NCBI RefSeq assembly: GCF_001194135.2
Contig: NC_068988.1
Coordinates: 10,614,908-10,678,907, forward strand
DNA: 64,000 bases
From: Octopus bimaculoides
Lineage: Eukaryota
Direction: 5' to 3'
Below are positions 25,596-39,094 of the stretch, piece by piece. The notes under the pieces are model-generated. The model was not told the DNA's origin. It saw nothing but the letters and a program-made list of their open reading frames with translations, and made no database searches. The position numbers were made by a program, and so were the translations under genes. Position 1 is the stretch's first letter, and the number at the start of each line of letters is the position of its first letter.

Positions 25596-25984
25596 ATCAT
25601 CATCTATGTTGTTTTTGCTGTCGCTTTTAAAATTGTCGTTTATGTATTCAATGCGGATCTGTCATGCAGGCGTATATGTAAAAAGACTTACTAAACACAC
25701 AATCACTGCCATATAATAACACTCACGCCAAAGGCAGTGCGCGCGCATGACATTTCGAGCACGTAACCTTAAATACAATTTTGTGTTTAAACACTGCAAA
25801 ACAGAAGAAGATAAATATAAATAGGCTTCAAAATAATATGCATGTTAAAGTGTTTATATTTCGTGTTACTTTTATATTTACCATAAATATTGATGAATGT
25901 TTTATATAACATCGTGAATGCTTGTGACAGTTTCTGCTTTCGTGAAAGTGGAACAAGTATAAGAAGAGAAATATCTAAGTTTAA

Positions 25985-26420
25985 TTTGGAAGGTCTTCAC
26001 ACATTCTGGAAAATCTTTGTACTCGTGCTTTAGTCAGAGATAAAACGGTAGATGTTTTCAAAGAAGAAATTCAAATCAATTACAATAAATCTCAACTATA
26101 CACTGAAGGTATTTTAAATGTTCTGCACATTGGGAATGCGTCTTTTCCACCTCTTTCACCAGAAGTATCATAGAATTATTTGACATTTATAAAAGGATAC
26201 ACTCCGTGCCATCAAATATCTCTCGGTAAGGACCTGTTGTTTTCTTAAGTGGCTGTTTCTTTACATTGCTTTCATTTATCGGATTTTCTCAATGACATAT
26301 CCATGGAGATTATCATTACAACATTTTGTAAATCAAGGAATTACTGAACGTGCATTTTTTTCCATCAACGAAAGCCACAATCTCCCAACAATCTTCATTC
26401 ATAATACTATTAATAATTGA
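25985..26420 (+). pseudogene. Unassigned decayed coding-like segment
   Basis: Stop-free frames of 62 codons (25985-26170) and 75 codons (26193-26417) in AT-rich DNA, with one in-frame TAG and an apparent frameshift between them. No start codon and no firm family assignment. Confidence 0.25.
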
Positions 26421-27135
26421 CGATCTAGTGTCCTGCATCTTACCAGCTGACTATGATTATTGAGACTGAGTTGAATATGAAACATTGAACTTATTCCAGC
26501 TCTGTGCATTCGACACTCTACAATGAAATTTTGAAAATTTCCTTTCAAACTTATTGAAATGATGACAGACAACTGTGCGTATGTAAAGAATATATAACAG
26601 CAAATAATTCTCTCACATGGGACACCATCTTTACTGCCATTGCTTCTGATATATCTCATATCGATTCCATTTAATTATTTCACAAACAACTCTTTTGCGC
26701 TTCTGTAATGCTATGTGTTGCATATATCACGGTCACGAATATATGTGCTTCCTCTTACATGTTACTCATTTCTGAAGTAAACTTTCTTGATTTCATTTGA
26801 TATATATGCATACGATATGGAAATATTCTATCACACGTTTATACTTTGATTCCAATATTTTGTTCTTTTCTCAAATGTATCAAGGTAAGAAGTTCTAGTT
26901 TGAAAAAGGAACTGGGACAGCTACATAAGTGATAAAATGATAGTAATATTGATAATATTGATAAATGTTTAATAACTTACTTACTACAGGAACTGAAAAA
27001 TTGACCTGCTGTAGATTTAGACAAAAACAACATGTTCTAGATATTCTACAATCTTCGTTTCCTGAGAAAAAAAATGTCACAAGGATTGCAATACAGGACA
27101 ACATCATAATCCCCTCCCATAAATTACAACATATT

Positions 27136-27268
27136 TAAATTTATCGACCCAGAAAGGATGAAAGGCAAAGCTGACCTCGGCGAAATTTGAACGCCGAGCG
27201 TATAGACAGATAAAATATCGCTAAGTATTTCGCCCGGTGTGCTAACGTTTCCGGTAGTTCGACACCTT
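27136..27268 (-). mobile_element. tRNA-derived SINE, family C (head portion)
   Basis: TTTATCGACCC.GAAAGGATGAAAGGCAAAG.TGACCTCGGCGAAATTTGAAC...TTTCGCCCGGTGTGCTAACG. Confidence 0.85.
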
Positions 27269-28755
27269 GATATTCTCTTGAAATGTCTCTTCCTCTGTCT
27301 CTATTACTTTGACAGAATATCGTCACTTTTGTCTTACAGTCAATTTAGTCAATGATGTGGAACATCATATGCTGATTTTGTAGCTGTTACATCCGTAGGT
27401 TTGCTCTTTAGTATTAGATGTATGTATGCATCTATGTACGTAAGTGTGTGCATATTTTAACATATGTGTATGTACATGCTTACATGCATAAATACCTAAA
27501 TATATATATGCATATATATATATATATATANNNNNNNNNNNNNNNNNNNNNNNNNNNNNNNNNNNNNNNNNNNNNNNNNNNNNNNNNNNNNNNNNNNNNN
27601 NNNNNNNNNNNNNNNNNNNNNNNNNNNNNNNNNNNNNNNNNNNNNNNNNNNNNNNNNGAGAGAGAGAGAGAGAGAGAGAGAGAGGGGGAGGGAGAGGGAG
27701 AGAGAGATTGATAGATAAATAGATAAAAAGATAGATAGATAGGGAGATAGATAGATAGATAGATAGATAGATATTGCAGCTGTCATTCATATATTAGTTT
27801 TATTTTTCCCGCATCCTCAAATAGTTCTTATACAACTTGTTATTCTAACCGTCACTCCAAAATTTTTCTCTACCCTTCAAATATCATTTTACATTCGTTT
27901 TCTTTATTTCCAAAAAACCTCTGTGTAAATTTGAAAGAAATGCACACACGCACATTTATTTATCCACATATATTCCCTTACTACATCTCAAATATTGTTT
28001 TATTTCATTTTCCAAGAAATATAAGAGAAAACTTGCAAGATATGTCAATTTATTCGTACACCTCATTCCGAACATAACACTCTATCTCTCTAATATTCTC
28101 CTACATTCTTCCTTTATCGCTCCTTATTTCCCTCTCACTCACTCGCTTGCCATCCATCTAATTCTCACTGTCAATCTCTATTCAACAACCTATCTCTCAC
28201 TTTCTCTCTTTGCATTCGATCCTTTTCAACTCCCGCTTCGCTATCGTTTTATTATGCTCTAAAATTACAGAAAAAAAAAACTAATACAAACATACACTAA
28301 CGTATTATTATATTGGATTACTTTGATGTCAGACAGAACTGAGTTCATATATAAAATTCTGGCAAACGTATACATAACTACTTAAAAGAACATCCTTTCT
28401 ATAAAGCACATCAACTTTCAAATTATATATTTCTCTTCCTTTGTAATTCTATTTTAGCTGTTTTATATATGTATATATATATTTTCTCAATTCTTCTAGG
28501 TTTTGTTTTGCTAGAATTGTATTCTGTACTATGTATTACGCAAATGATTATATAACACTGTTTAAATCTGACAAAATTTCTCTCGTCTCATATGTTTTAC
28601 TTTCTCAGTTATCAAATTATCTCTGTAGTAATGTGGATGAAACAAATCTATATTTGTACGTACAAACTCATTTTTTCTTGTATTCCAAATCTCCGGAAGC
28701 TTGCTGGCGTAGTATGGATTTCATTATTTGGAACAAGAACAGCAAGTTGGCAGAA

Positions 28756-28922
28756 GATTGTAAATCTATTATATCGACCCTAGTGATCAACTGGTACCTA
28801 TTTTATCGACTCTAAAAGAAGAAATCTACATCAGGGGAATCTAAGCTCAGAATGAAAAATCTGACGAAACGTTGCTAAGCATTAGCATCGGCGAGCTAAC
28901 GATTCTGATAGATCGCTGCCTT
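28756..28922 (-). mobile_element. tRNA-derived SINE, family C (degenerate)
   Basis: ATCGACCCTAGTGATCAACTGGTACCTATTTTATCGAC...GCTAAGCATT...GCTAACGATTCTG..AGATCGCTGCCTT. Confidence 0.75.
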
Positions 28923-31900
28923 CCGTGGTGTCGAAATGTTAAAGATATACATTTTAGGTATATGTTCTTATTACATTTTATGTGTGATATTTATGCAGAA
29001 TTCTACGTAATTCAAGTCACATCTCTTAAAATTCACGTTTAATCTTTTTGACGAATATTATTGAGACTGAAATGTTTCACAATTAAATGTCAAGTTTAAT
29101 AGTTATTTTAACAAGTTGATATTGCTGACGTAAATTCAATTATTAGTAATAAATAATCTTGAATTTTCAAAGTACAAATATAAATTTGTAAAATGAGACT
29201 TATTGGGACGTCTTAAGGCCGTGTTCGCTAGTGATGAAAAGAATCAGTGTGAATTTCAATGCGAGAATTGCTGGTGATAGTATTGTAATGCGCCAGCCCC
29301 AGTATTCGATGTTTAGAAAAGAGGTTATTAAAAAAAATAGTGCCCAAATTTACTGTCTTCCATTCGCTTCTCGTGCCTACTCTCTGCTATGGTCATTAAT
29401 GATGGCTACTGACTGAATGACTACGAGTGTAAACACAAGCGACCGAAATGAGGTTGTTTCTAATCATTTCTGAAGTAACGTTACTCGACAGGGTAGGTAG
29501 CTCAGAAGTGAAGGAATCTCTCTAACTCAAGCCGTTACTTTTCTGCTTTAAGAGTTTACAGATTTAGTACTACAAAAGTGCGATTAGAATATCGCAGTAT
29601 GGAATCACAAATCAGAGTTTCAAGGTTAGCGCTACACAGAGAACGAGCTGTATCTGAGTTGATCTGCAAAATGTAACCAGGATTGCTGCTGATAAAAGCC
29701 ATGGGGGCGTCTAATGACTCTATTCTAAGACGCGCCTTAGAAATATGGGCAGAGATGGATTGATGGATGCATGGATTGATGGATGATAATGTCTTCCATT
29801 AAGCATACTTTATATTTGCCCGAGAATCTCCTACGGTGTCATGGTGATTTTAGGTTTCTCAACATTGTAGTTTCTACGCGCTCGTCATTCGTTATTGGCC
29901 TTGCAAAGAAAATATTTTAGCATTTCCCCACAAGAACATTTCTGGAAGTGGTTGCAGTTGTACACCTACCGCTTTCGACGACTGTTGCAGTTTCTTCATG
30001 TTCTGCAGCTAAAATCCGTCGCTAGCTTCACGATGTATATAAACTGGCGATTATTTAGACTTTAGGTTCATGGAGAAATTGGGCATAAGACGCTAAGAAA
30101 AAGTATTCATTTTTCCGAGATTTTGTCTACAACTGTTTCGAAAGTTACTTCGCTACTTATGTTACTGTCTTCGTATATGAACGAATATGTCGTTGTTCTC
30201 CACACTTTGGTCCTTCAAATTCAATTGATGGCATTGCCTAACCGATATTCGTCACGTTCCTCCATATATCGCAGCCATTTCGACGCGACGAATGCACGGT
30301 GCTAAGTGTGCCACCTTTGGTTAGCTGAACTGGTGATGTGAGATTCCCGGTGCATGGAGTACATAACTGAAATGCTACTGATAAAAGTCGGAATGGTCAC
30401 GAAACCCCTAGTAATTTTAGTATGGTCGGATGAGATAGGGTGCCAAGTAACAACGATGTTTTTTATTTATTTATTATTTTTTTGCGGCTAATCGTATAAC
30501 CAAAGAGAAACTCTGTCTCACTTAAGGCAGAACTGCAGATGGAGTGCATGAAAGACACATGTTCTATTACATTATATAACACCTAACTTAACGATTCACT
30601 TTTCCGATAAACCTGGAATTACACCTCATCCAAATTCGTTACGCCTGTATAGGACTTAATTACTCTGAATCAGTTAGGAAAACCATTTTGGCGTTCTCTA
30701 TATCGTTGTATTCTTTGTGTGTGAAATGTTAGTTATTCTAAATCTGACATCAGTATCTATTGTGCGATAGGTATAGATAGTTTAATCCTTATCGGGCTAC
30801 GATAGAGCTATATTTCTTTTACGTGTATGTGAAATGTATATTATATANNNNNNNNNNATATATAATATGGTAACTCGTCACATTGTGTATTGAACAACAA
30901 TGCTGGACATGCCTGGAAAGCGCTCCTTCCTTGTTTAGACATTCAAAATTGTTTTATAAGTCAAAACATTTTTTTTTTTTACTATTTACGTAATGTATCA
31001 TTCTGGCTTTCCTAGTCTCTCATTCATTTCCATAATGTCGAGGAAAGTATAATTTAGTCAATGCACGGCGACTAATATAAAGACTTTTAATATATTTTCA
31101 TTTACAATTCTCTGAATGGATGTCCACTGTCTAGAATTGTTAGATAAACAACAATGCATATATCAACGTCAATTCGATTAAACTTTCACAAACAGATGTC
31201 CAGCAGATACTGTAAATCATAACATTGTTAATTCGCTTCCCCTTACATTATACACGAAAGAATTACCGGACAATTTTGTGTAGGTAAATTGAACAAATGG
31301 TAATTTGGAGGTGCCATATTTCAGTAATGATAAAAAGATTTCGAGCGAATAATTTACGTTGGGTTTATCACCAATACGTCTCTTTAATTGACCATAGATC
31401 TCAGTATTGTTCTGAAAACCTGCCAATCATAATATGACCCTACGAATATTATGTAATTATGAATGGACGATCAATGTATATTTTGATTCTATGCTATAAG
31501 TTAAGAGCTGGTTCATTCACGTTTCTCTGAAGAAATATGTTAAAGTCAATGTCACTGCATTTATACATTAAAAGTGACCATGTGAAATTGGCAATCAAGG
31601 TGGAATATGATAGATTGCCGATAAATCAAGAAGATATATGGCGAATCGTCATAAAATAAAGCAAGGGAAATTGAATGCGAAACACAGAGATACTTTATCT
31701 GAACGTCTCCTGCTCTTTGTAGGCGTTTGAATCAGTATGTGATTGTCATATCCTTCGTGTTAATGTAACTGCATCTGTGAGTGACATATTCCAATGGCGA
31801 TGTCGCATATTTTTCGACAAACCAGAAGAAACGAAATTTAATGAGGAATTGATGAGATATGTTCCGGGAGAGATATTGAATATTTAGGATACACTCGAGA

Positions 31901-33527
31901 TATGGTTCAGGTATTTTAATCGGTTAAACATTTCAGAGTCAACTTAAAGTTCAAAGGCAAATATGCAGTATTGATGTTGATGCTAAGCAGTTAGAGGTCA
32001 GTGTTAACTGTACGATATATGGGCGAATGAGCGCTCTCTTTCTCTGTCTCTCTGTCTCTCACTCTTTTATAGGAAGGACTTCAGAACTACAGGGCCGATG
32101 ATCTCCTTCGTTTAATAAGACCCAATAATGTGGATTTTAAAGATATTTAGCTGTTCTAATTATGTTGAAAGGCTACGGGCAAACGCCAATAATGTAATTG
32201 CGAATAATTAATTGCCAAATGCTATTGAAATGCATCAACATATGTTTGAGAAGGGTTTTTCGAGTATCATGAATGAATTGCTATGTCCGTCTAGTTATCA
32301 CTTAATAATGATTAGAACAAGTGAATTTTATTCTTTACTGATCCTGTCACCAACTAATCCTATATTCCATTGAACAAATTCAGTTAGACTGTATTCAATT
32401 CTATTCAATTGATATAATGTAAACGCTATGTTGGCAAAAGTTGCGTTCTTTAGTTACGTATTACAGACACTCGATATCTATGTAGCTCCAGTTATGCCAT
32501 CCATGCACAAACGATATAAGTATATAATTTTTGCCAGTAGGAAATCAATACCGATAACGACTTTAGTGTATCTACATATCATAAACCAAAATTAGTATAA
32601 GATTGTTTGGTCAAGATCCTTAGATAAACACAGCTGAAATTGAAATTTATCGAAACGAGAAGAAATGAAATAGGTATTTTAGATCTGGCAAGAGATGAAT
32701 AATTGAATATTACATTAGATATTTACATTTCAAGAAGTGAACGCCGATTTTATTTTATCTCAACTTACACCACAGAAGTGTTGTGTAACCAAATGTGGTA
32801 TTTGTATAATAACGTTATGCAAATAATATTAGTTTAGCAAACAACGAATCGTCAAAAATAATGTATTAAATTAAATCAAAATCACATCTTGTCATATTAC
32901 ATTAACCAGGTGCAACTAAATATAAGAAATAGACTTTACTTCAAACGAAGCTTACGTAATTTTTGGTTTAATAATTCTAACATTCAAAGAGAGAGAAAAA
33001 ACTTTAAATAATACCTGACGTATATTTTAATTTAATTTTCAATATTTGAAACACAGGAACCCGATTTGCAATATAAAAATTCTTCAGCTTTATCATCAAG
33101 CTATTTACTATATGGTAATACGCATCTAAAGAATTTAGTACTTCATTTTCTTAGGAATAAGTAATTAAAATAGTTTGAAAATTCTGAACTAGCGTTTCAA
33201 TGCAATGTTTAGGTAACACACATACAGCAACGTTAATACGCACACACATATACAAATTGTTCTCTATTCATAATAACATATGTTTGTATAAATATAAATA
33301 TTTACGTATATATATGGGTGTATATATGTGTATATATATATGTATATATATATATGAGCACACACATACATACGTATGTACGTACGTATGTATGTATGTC
33401 TGTGTATATGTACTCATACTCACACGTACACACACACANNNNNNNNNNNNNNNNNNNNNNNNNNNNNNNNNNNNNNNNNNNNNNNNNNNNNNNNNNNNNN
33501 NNNNNNNNNNNTATATATATATATATT

Positions 33528-33558
<31 letters not shown>

Positions 33559-35418
33559 GAGCACACACATACATACGTATGTACGTACGTATGTATGTAT
33601 GTCTGTGTATATGTACTCATACTCACACGTACACACACACATACACATGTATATGCAGATTTATATACTTGAAGTAGTGAAAGAGAGAAAGCGAAATTAC
33701 AGCACCCTTTGAATGCTGGTGTGTTCCATAAAATACAGCATTTTTATCTAGGAAGCTACTTTAATTATCAGGTATACTTTAATTATCAGAATTTTGGATC
33801 GATAAAAGCATAATTTTACCATCTGTTTAGAAAGCTCGACAGTATAACTGTGGTAACCCTTACGTTTGAATTCATGTTAAGTTTATATTCTGCTTTCTCA
33901 CAATGAAAACTGCGCCATTTCTGGAATTATTTCAGTGACAGATATTTGTAGTAGTCTTATATCAAACTTGAAGTAAATTTAGGTAATAAATATCAGAGTT
34001 CATAACTGTATTCTGAACATGTATGCTTCCGTAGATATATATATATTNNNNNNNNNNNNNNNNNNNNNNNNNNNNNNNNNNNNNNNNNNNNNNNNNNNNN
34101 NNNNNNNNNNNNNNNNNNNNNNNNNNNACATATATATATATATATACATATATATGTATGTATTTGTGTGTCGCTGTGTGTGTTTGCGTATGTGTGTGTT
34201 GTTTTATAAATTGATGTAGCAGACGATGTGTGATACAAATTTTATGATTCCCCTTCATAAAAATAAATAAAAACATATAACTGAAGAAACGGAAGACGAG
34301 TTTGAACAGGTTTGTATCGAAAACTTTTCTGAGCTTTCGTCTCATCAAGAAAATGATATGTAAGCGATACTGCTTGGATGTTAAGAGTAATTACAAATTT
34401 AGATGAGAGATCCATAACCAAATATTCCACACAACTACAAGAAACTATTTACGACGATGGTAATATTCATGAATTAATTACAAATATTGGGGCAAAGTAA
34501 TTAATTCAAAATTCATCCTTAATTGCTGCCGATGTTGATCTGTTTATGAATTAACTGAAATATTCTTGAAATTTCCAGCAAGTATTCCCAAATCGTCCAA
34601 TGGATGTCCGATAGAAATGCTTGATTTGACTTGCAAAAATATTTATTCGAAAAAAAAAAATGCAAAAAAATGAACTTTTTTTTATCAGAATGATAATTTT
34701 GAATCTGTAAATTTCTGTTCCACTCAAAATTAATAGTCACCAAAACTCATTGTCACCCATATTCGACAAACATGGAAAATGAATATATTGTTTCGTATAT
34801 TAAAAAAGATATTTGACATATAAGCAACGCAGTAAAGTAGTAGTGTTGTATAACGTATTCTAACTATTATCAAAATGGTATCTCCTGAGAATATGAAAAA
34901 AATCTGTGTAAAAACATTTATCGATTTTCAGCAAATTTTAGAATGAGCAAACTAGCTACAATTGAAAGTATTTTATGACTTGCAATGTTATTAATAAACA
35001 CTGGTAGTATAACATAGTTGCATTGTACGCGTGATGTGAACTTAAATGCTAGTGGCATTGCAAATTTAGAGCAACTTCGTTCATATGTTGACAATGATGG
35101 CGTAAGACAGTACAGATTATGTGGATTTGCACACGAATAAAATCTCAAATATAAAAGTCGATGTTATTTTTAGTAGTTTGAAAACATAAATCAAATATTC
35201 ATGAATTGATACAGAATCTGGAAAGAATAATCGAACTCAGACGATAAGTATAGATAATGCACTCTGCTGATATAAAATCATACAAATGCTGAGGTAATAA
35301 CAATGGTACTAAATGTTTGTTTTACAATATTAATACTAAAAGAAATGGTTTGAACTCACACATACATAAAAACAGCACACATTAAACTGACACAAAAATT
35401 CTCACAATGAGACATATA

Positions 35419-35835
35419 AACGAGAAGAAGTCAAAAATTATCCACATTTGCACCATGATATATCTTTATTATTTTCAGACTGCATTCTGCGCATGCGAGC
35501 TTATAGTTGGTACTATTGTGTTCTAGCGATCGACGTTTGAGCCAGATCGTGACTGGTTTAACAGTGTAAGCATGGTCGCTCCACTAGCAATGTGCACCAA
35601 AGAAGAACAAAGAGCAGGGATCCGAATTCTCTGGAAAAAGTGTGTACGATTAACTCTGCAAGATACAGAGCTTTGCTGGCCAACAAACTGAAGGAAGCAA
35701 TTCGCACCAAACACCGAAGCCTATTGTCCAAGAAGGTTTTTTTTTGTTGTATGACAATGCACGCGAACACACGAGCGCCCAGACCGTTATAACCATGAGC
35801 CGATTACGTTGGAGGTGCTGGAACACCCTGCCTAC
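35419..35835 (+). mobile_element. Internally deleted, 3'-truncated mariner
   Basis: TIR-like start ACGAGAAGAAGTCAAAAATTATCC. N-terminal MVAPLAMCTKEEQRAGIRILW is joined directly to NSARYRALLANKLKEAIRTKHRSLLSKKV, then YDNAREHTSAQTV and LEVLEHPAY (catalytic-domain remnant). Confidence 0.85.
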
Positions 35836-36574
35836 AATATATATTACAAGTTGTTTGATAGTTGCTACACAATTTTAGACAAGATAACTGTTTAGTTTTC
35901 GCCATAAATATGACGTTATGTGACTGTCTTTTATGCTCGGTGAAGTTATTGAAAATCCTGTTTATATTTAAAATATTCTTGATCCCTCAAACAGACGTCT
36001 GCGTGCCTAGTGATTAAAGGGCGTGTATCAGTTTTAACCTGTAAGCATTTACTTACAAAAAAGAAAAAAATGAAAAAAGAAAGAAAAATACAGTTTTACA
36101 TTTTTCTGCGCCATATCCGAGATTTAAAATTACTGTACACAATCCATATACGAATTTATTTATTATCATATATTATCTCCCTTTTGATTTATTTTGTTTA
36201 GCTTTCTTCTTCTTTTTTTCTTTCGCTAGGTTTGTATTTTCTCATTTGCAAAGGAAAAGAAAACAATCATTCTTTTAAAAAAATCTTTTCGTTTTTAATT
36301 CAGTTTTATATTCACAATGCCTACGTGCAGTAGAAGTAATATTTTCTGACATAAAACAATCATAAGTGTCAAAATAAAAACAAACCGATATAATACAAAC
36401 ATTTATTTCTCTGCAAAAGTAGGTTACTTTTCCTAAAGATCAATATATTTATATTCGCACAAATGCAGCTGTTCAACTTTATTTAACACATCATGCTGGA
36501 AATTAAATTTCATTGCAAAATATTTTGAGATGAATGTTTTTCATGCCAACATTACTGTTGCTACCACTACTGGT

Positions 36575-36629
36575 GGTCGTCGTGCTGCTGCTGCTACTAG
36601 TGGTCGTGGTGGCGGTGCTGCTGCTGCTG

Positions 36630-36703
<74 letters not shown>

Positions 36704-36706
36704 TCT
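36575..36706. repeat. Compound (GCT)n/(GGT)n/(ACT)n trinucleotide microsatellite
   Basis: Directly visible; source of the poly-S, poly-T and poly-A pseudo-ORFs. Confidence 0.95.
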
Positions 36707-36893
36707 ATAGTTGCGACTAATTATTCTGAAATTATTACTATTCAGAATGGTGGCATTGACGATTCTCGACACGAGTGCAACATTCAGAGTTGAGCAGAAG
36801 TGATTAGTGTCTAATTGGTATCAAGGTTGGGCCTAAGTGATTGGTATCACGTCACTGATACATTTTTACATTAAGATATAATGGTTGGAAAGG

Positions 36894-37030
36894 AAGCATT
36901 ATTTCGGTGGGTTTTTACCTCGGAATGTAAAGCTCTGGAATATATATCGCATGGGATTATTTCCACACTCCCCACCGATTCGACTAGCTTCTAAGCCAAT
37001 ATTTATGAGAAGAAAAAAATAGTCACTATT
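36894..37030 (+). mobile_element. CR1/L2-group LINE ORF2 C-terminal remnant
   Basis: KHYFGGFLPRNVKLWNIYRMGLFPHS resembles the F.PRT..LWN.LP..VFP motif at the end of CR1/L2-group ORF2. Confidence 0.45.
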
Positions 37031-37299
37031 GGAGGAGCCACCATCAGTAAGGTCCTGAACTCGATGGTATCGACTTCTGATGACACTGCTTAAGATGGGC
37101 AGGATTTGAAATATTAACATAGGGTATTATGATATACGGCGTAACCAGGGCTATTTACCGTTAATCTGGATGAAGCCTAATACGTAATACGGAATCTTTG
37201 ATACCGGAAAAGTTAGAGACTCTGTACAGATACATACATACATACATGCATACATATGCAAGGTTAGATGTGATTGATCTGAATATATAAGTTATACGT

Positions 37300-38120
37300 C
37301 GAGAACTCCGCATACCGGAAGCCAACGAGTGTATGGGTTCATCAGTAGAGGATGCGCATCGTTTCGGGGCCTATCTCCCGACGGCATGAATGCGTGCCAG
37401 CCCCGCTCACTGATATGAGGCCCCGCTTGCTAGACTGGTAATTACATATAGCTCAAAATTTCTTTTGCCATCGCTCGTCGTCTCTTTTTAACCAATTTCA
37501 GTGGCTAGCCTTCTGCACTGTAGTTTGGATATCGGTCAAGGTGGTATTTACCTTACGATGAGTTAGGCTTAACGATATCAGCAGTCGTCTGACACTGTGT
37601 TCAACTAACCCTCCACATCCGACGTCGATTAGAAAATGCTATACTTTCCATCGTGCGTCTTCACATTACACGAGGAGGTTTACATAACGGTCGATCTTTC
37701 GAACCCTAGCGGCGTCCATGTTATTTTCACGAGGAACCGTTAACTCGACTAGATTTACAACTTCCGTTTCTTCACTCCACATTAAAATGTCCGTTTTTTT
37801 TCGTAACTGGGATGGAAAAGAGTTCCTGGTACCCTGGTAAATCAGCAGTCACCTACTAATAGCCTTTCCACTTTTCATCTCTCACAGGATGTTTCTTGTC
37901 TTCTTCTTGAAACGGATCCGCTGACCTCAGCGCACGAAAGTAATGAAATCTCTAGTTGGTATTTTCAACGGTTTTTAATCGCTGTGGTTGAAATCAATTT
38001 GGTTCTTTATAGCATTGAAGATAACCTTAAAGATCAGGTTATGTCTCCATGTAATACTTGTTCCCACTGATGAAAATATATCAATGCTAATATATGTTTG
38101 CGACCGAATTTTATGTCAAG
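37300..38120 (-). mobile_element. Old RTE-clade LINE, RT and 3' region (heavily decayed)
   Basis: Ordered minus-strand remnants QVLHGDIT (cf. GVLQGDTL), RTMESI (cf. RATVESILLYG) and PISKLQCRRLA (cf. LPPI....RRLR). Confidence 0.5.
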
Positions 38121-39094
38121 AATAAGGCGAGGTTGTATGATAATTTTATACTAGAAGCAAAGAATTACATACCCACAGGTAGACTACGAGATGTTTCCAA
38201 TTAAATACTAGCGCTCAGTTCCTTCGATCATAAACGAAACGGCTTTTCAACGACATGCATCTTTTGTATAGTTCATACGCTATAACATATTTACATGTTT
38301 CAGGTGTAATACATTTGCACGAGAGGAAAATAAATGAATCTCGAATGGGTTGTAACAGGGAAAAGTGCGAATCAAATGATTAGAGGAGGCGGTACATCTT
38401 CGAACGCTAACTTCATATTCGGCTTTAGTTACCGACTCCATCTCATCGGGTACCACTCACTCGACTACTGTAGACAATCTCTATGAAATAATCTGTCTAG
38501 ATGAGCCAATTGTAGTAATTCAATTACGCCTTATTGATACAGTAATTACAACATGAATAAAGGAAAATAAGTTATTAAAAAAAATTATGGGGATGATTAT
38601 ATAAACGGTATGATTAATTTCTTTTGGGATAGATACAAAATAGAGTATCAATACCCTAAAAATGGTATATTTTAAACCAGATGTTGTGAAATGATATCCT
38701 AATATTTCCAGCAAGTATCATCCACATGAAAAACTAAGTAAAAGTTAAATGGCAAATGGAAATTATTAACATTCTCTTCATTTATTTTGTTTACGTACAC
38801 AAAATTTCCGGGAAATTGATCATGCAGAGGCGTAGTTTAATTTAAAATACCACACATAAAAGACAGAATAAATAAGAAAATGTTAGGATGAGAAATTGAC
38901 ATCAATATAAAAAAGTGAAACGAATGCTAAAAATAGAATAAACTACAACATCAAAATAATAAATTGAAAATTGAATGAATTGAAGAGCAGAGGTGTAACA
39001 AAAAGAAAAACAGTAAGTTATTTACAACATTCCGAAGCTACCACACCAAAGGCAATGCACAAGAGTGTACCGTCGCCACACTCCGGATAGTTTC

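Noticed and set aside
29780-30440. Possible piggyBac-like remnant on the minus strand (Cys-containing KC..GKC pieces)
   Set aside because: No TTAA-flanked TIRs were found, and the motifs need several assumed frameshifts.
33335-33640. ~100-bp identical direct repeat on both sides of the 33439-33511 gap
   Set aside because: Most likely unmerged overlapping contig ends, an assembly artefact; long reads would be needed to show that it is real.
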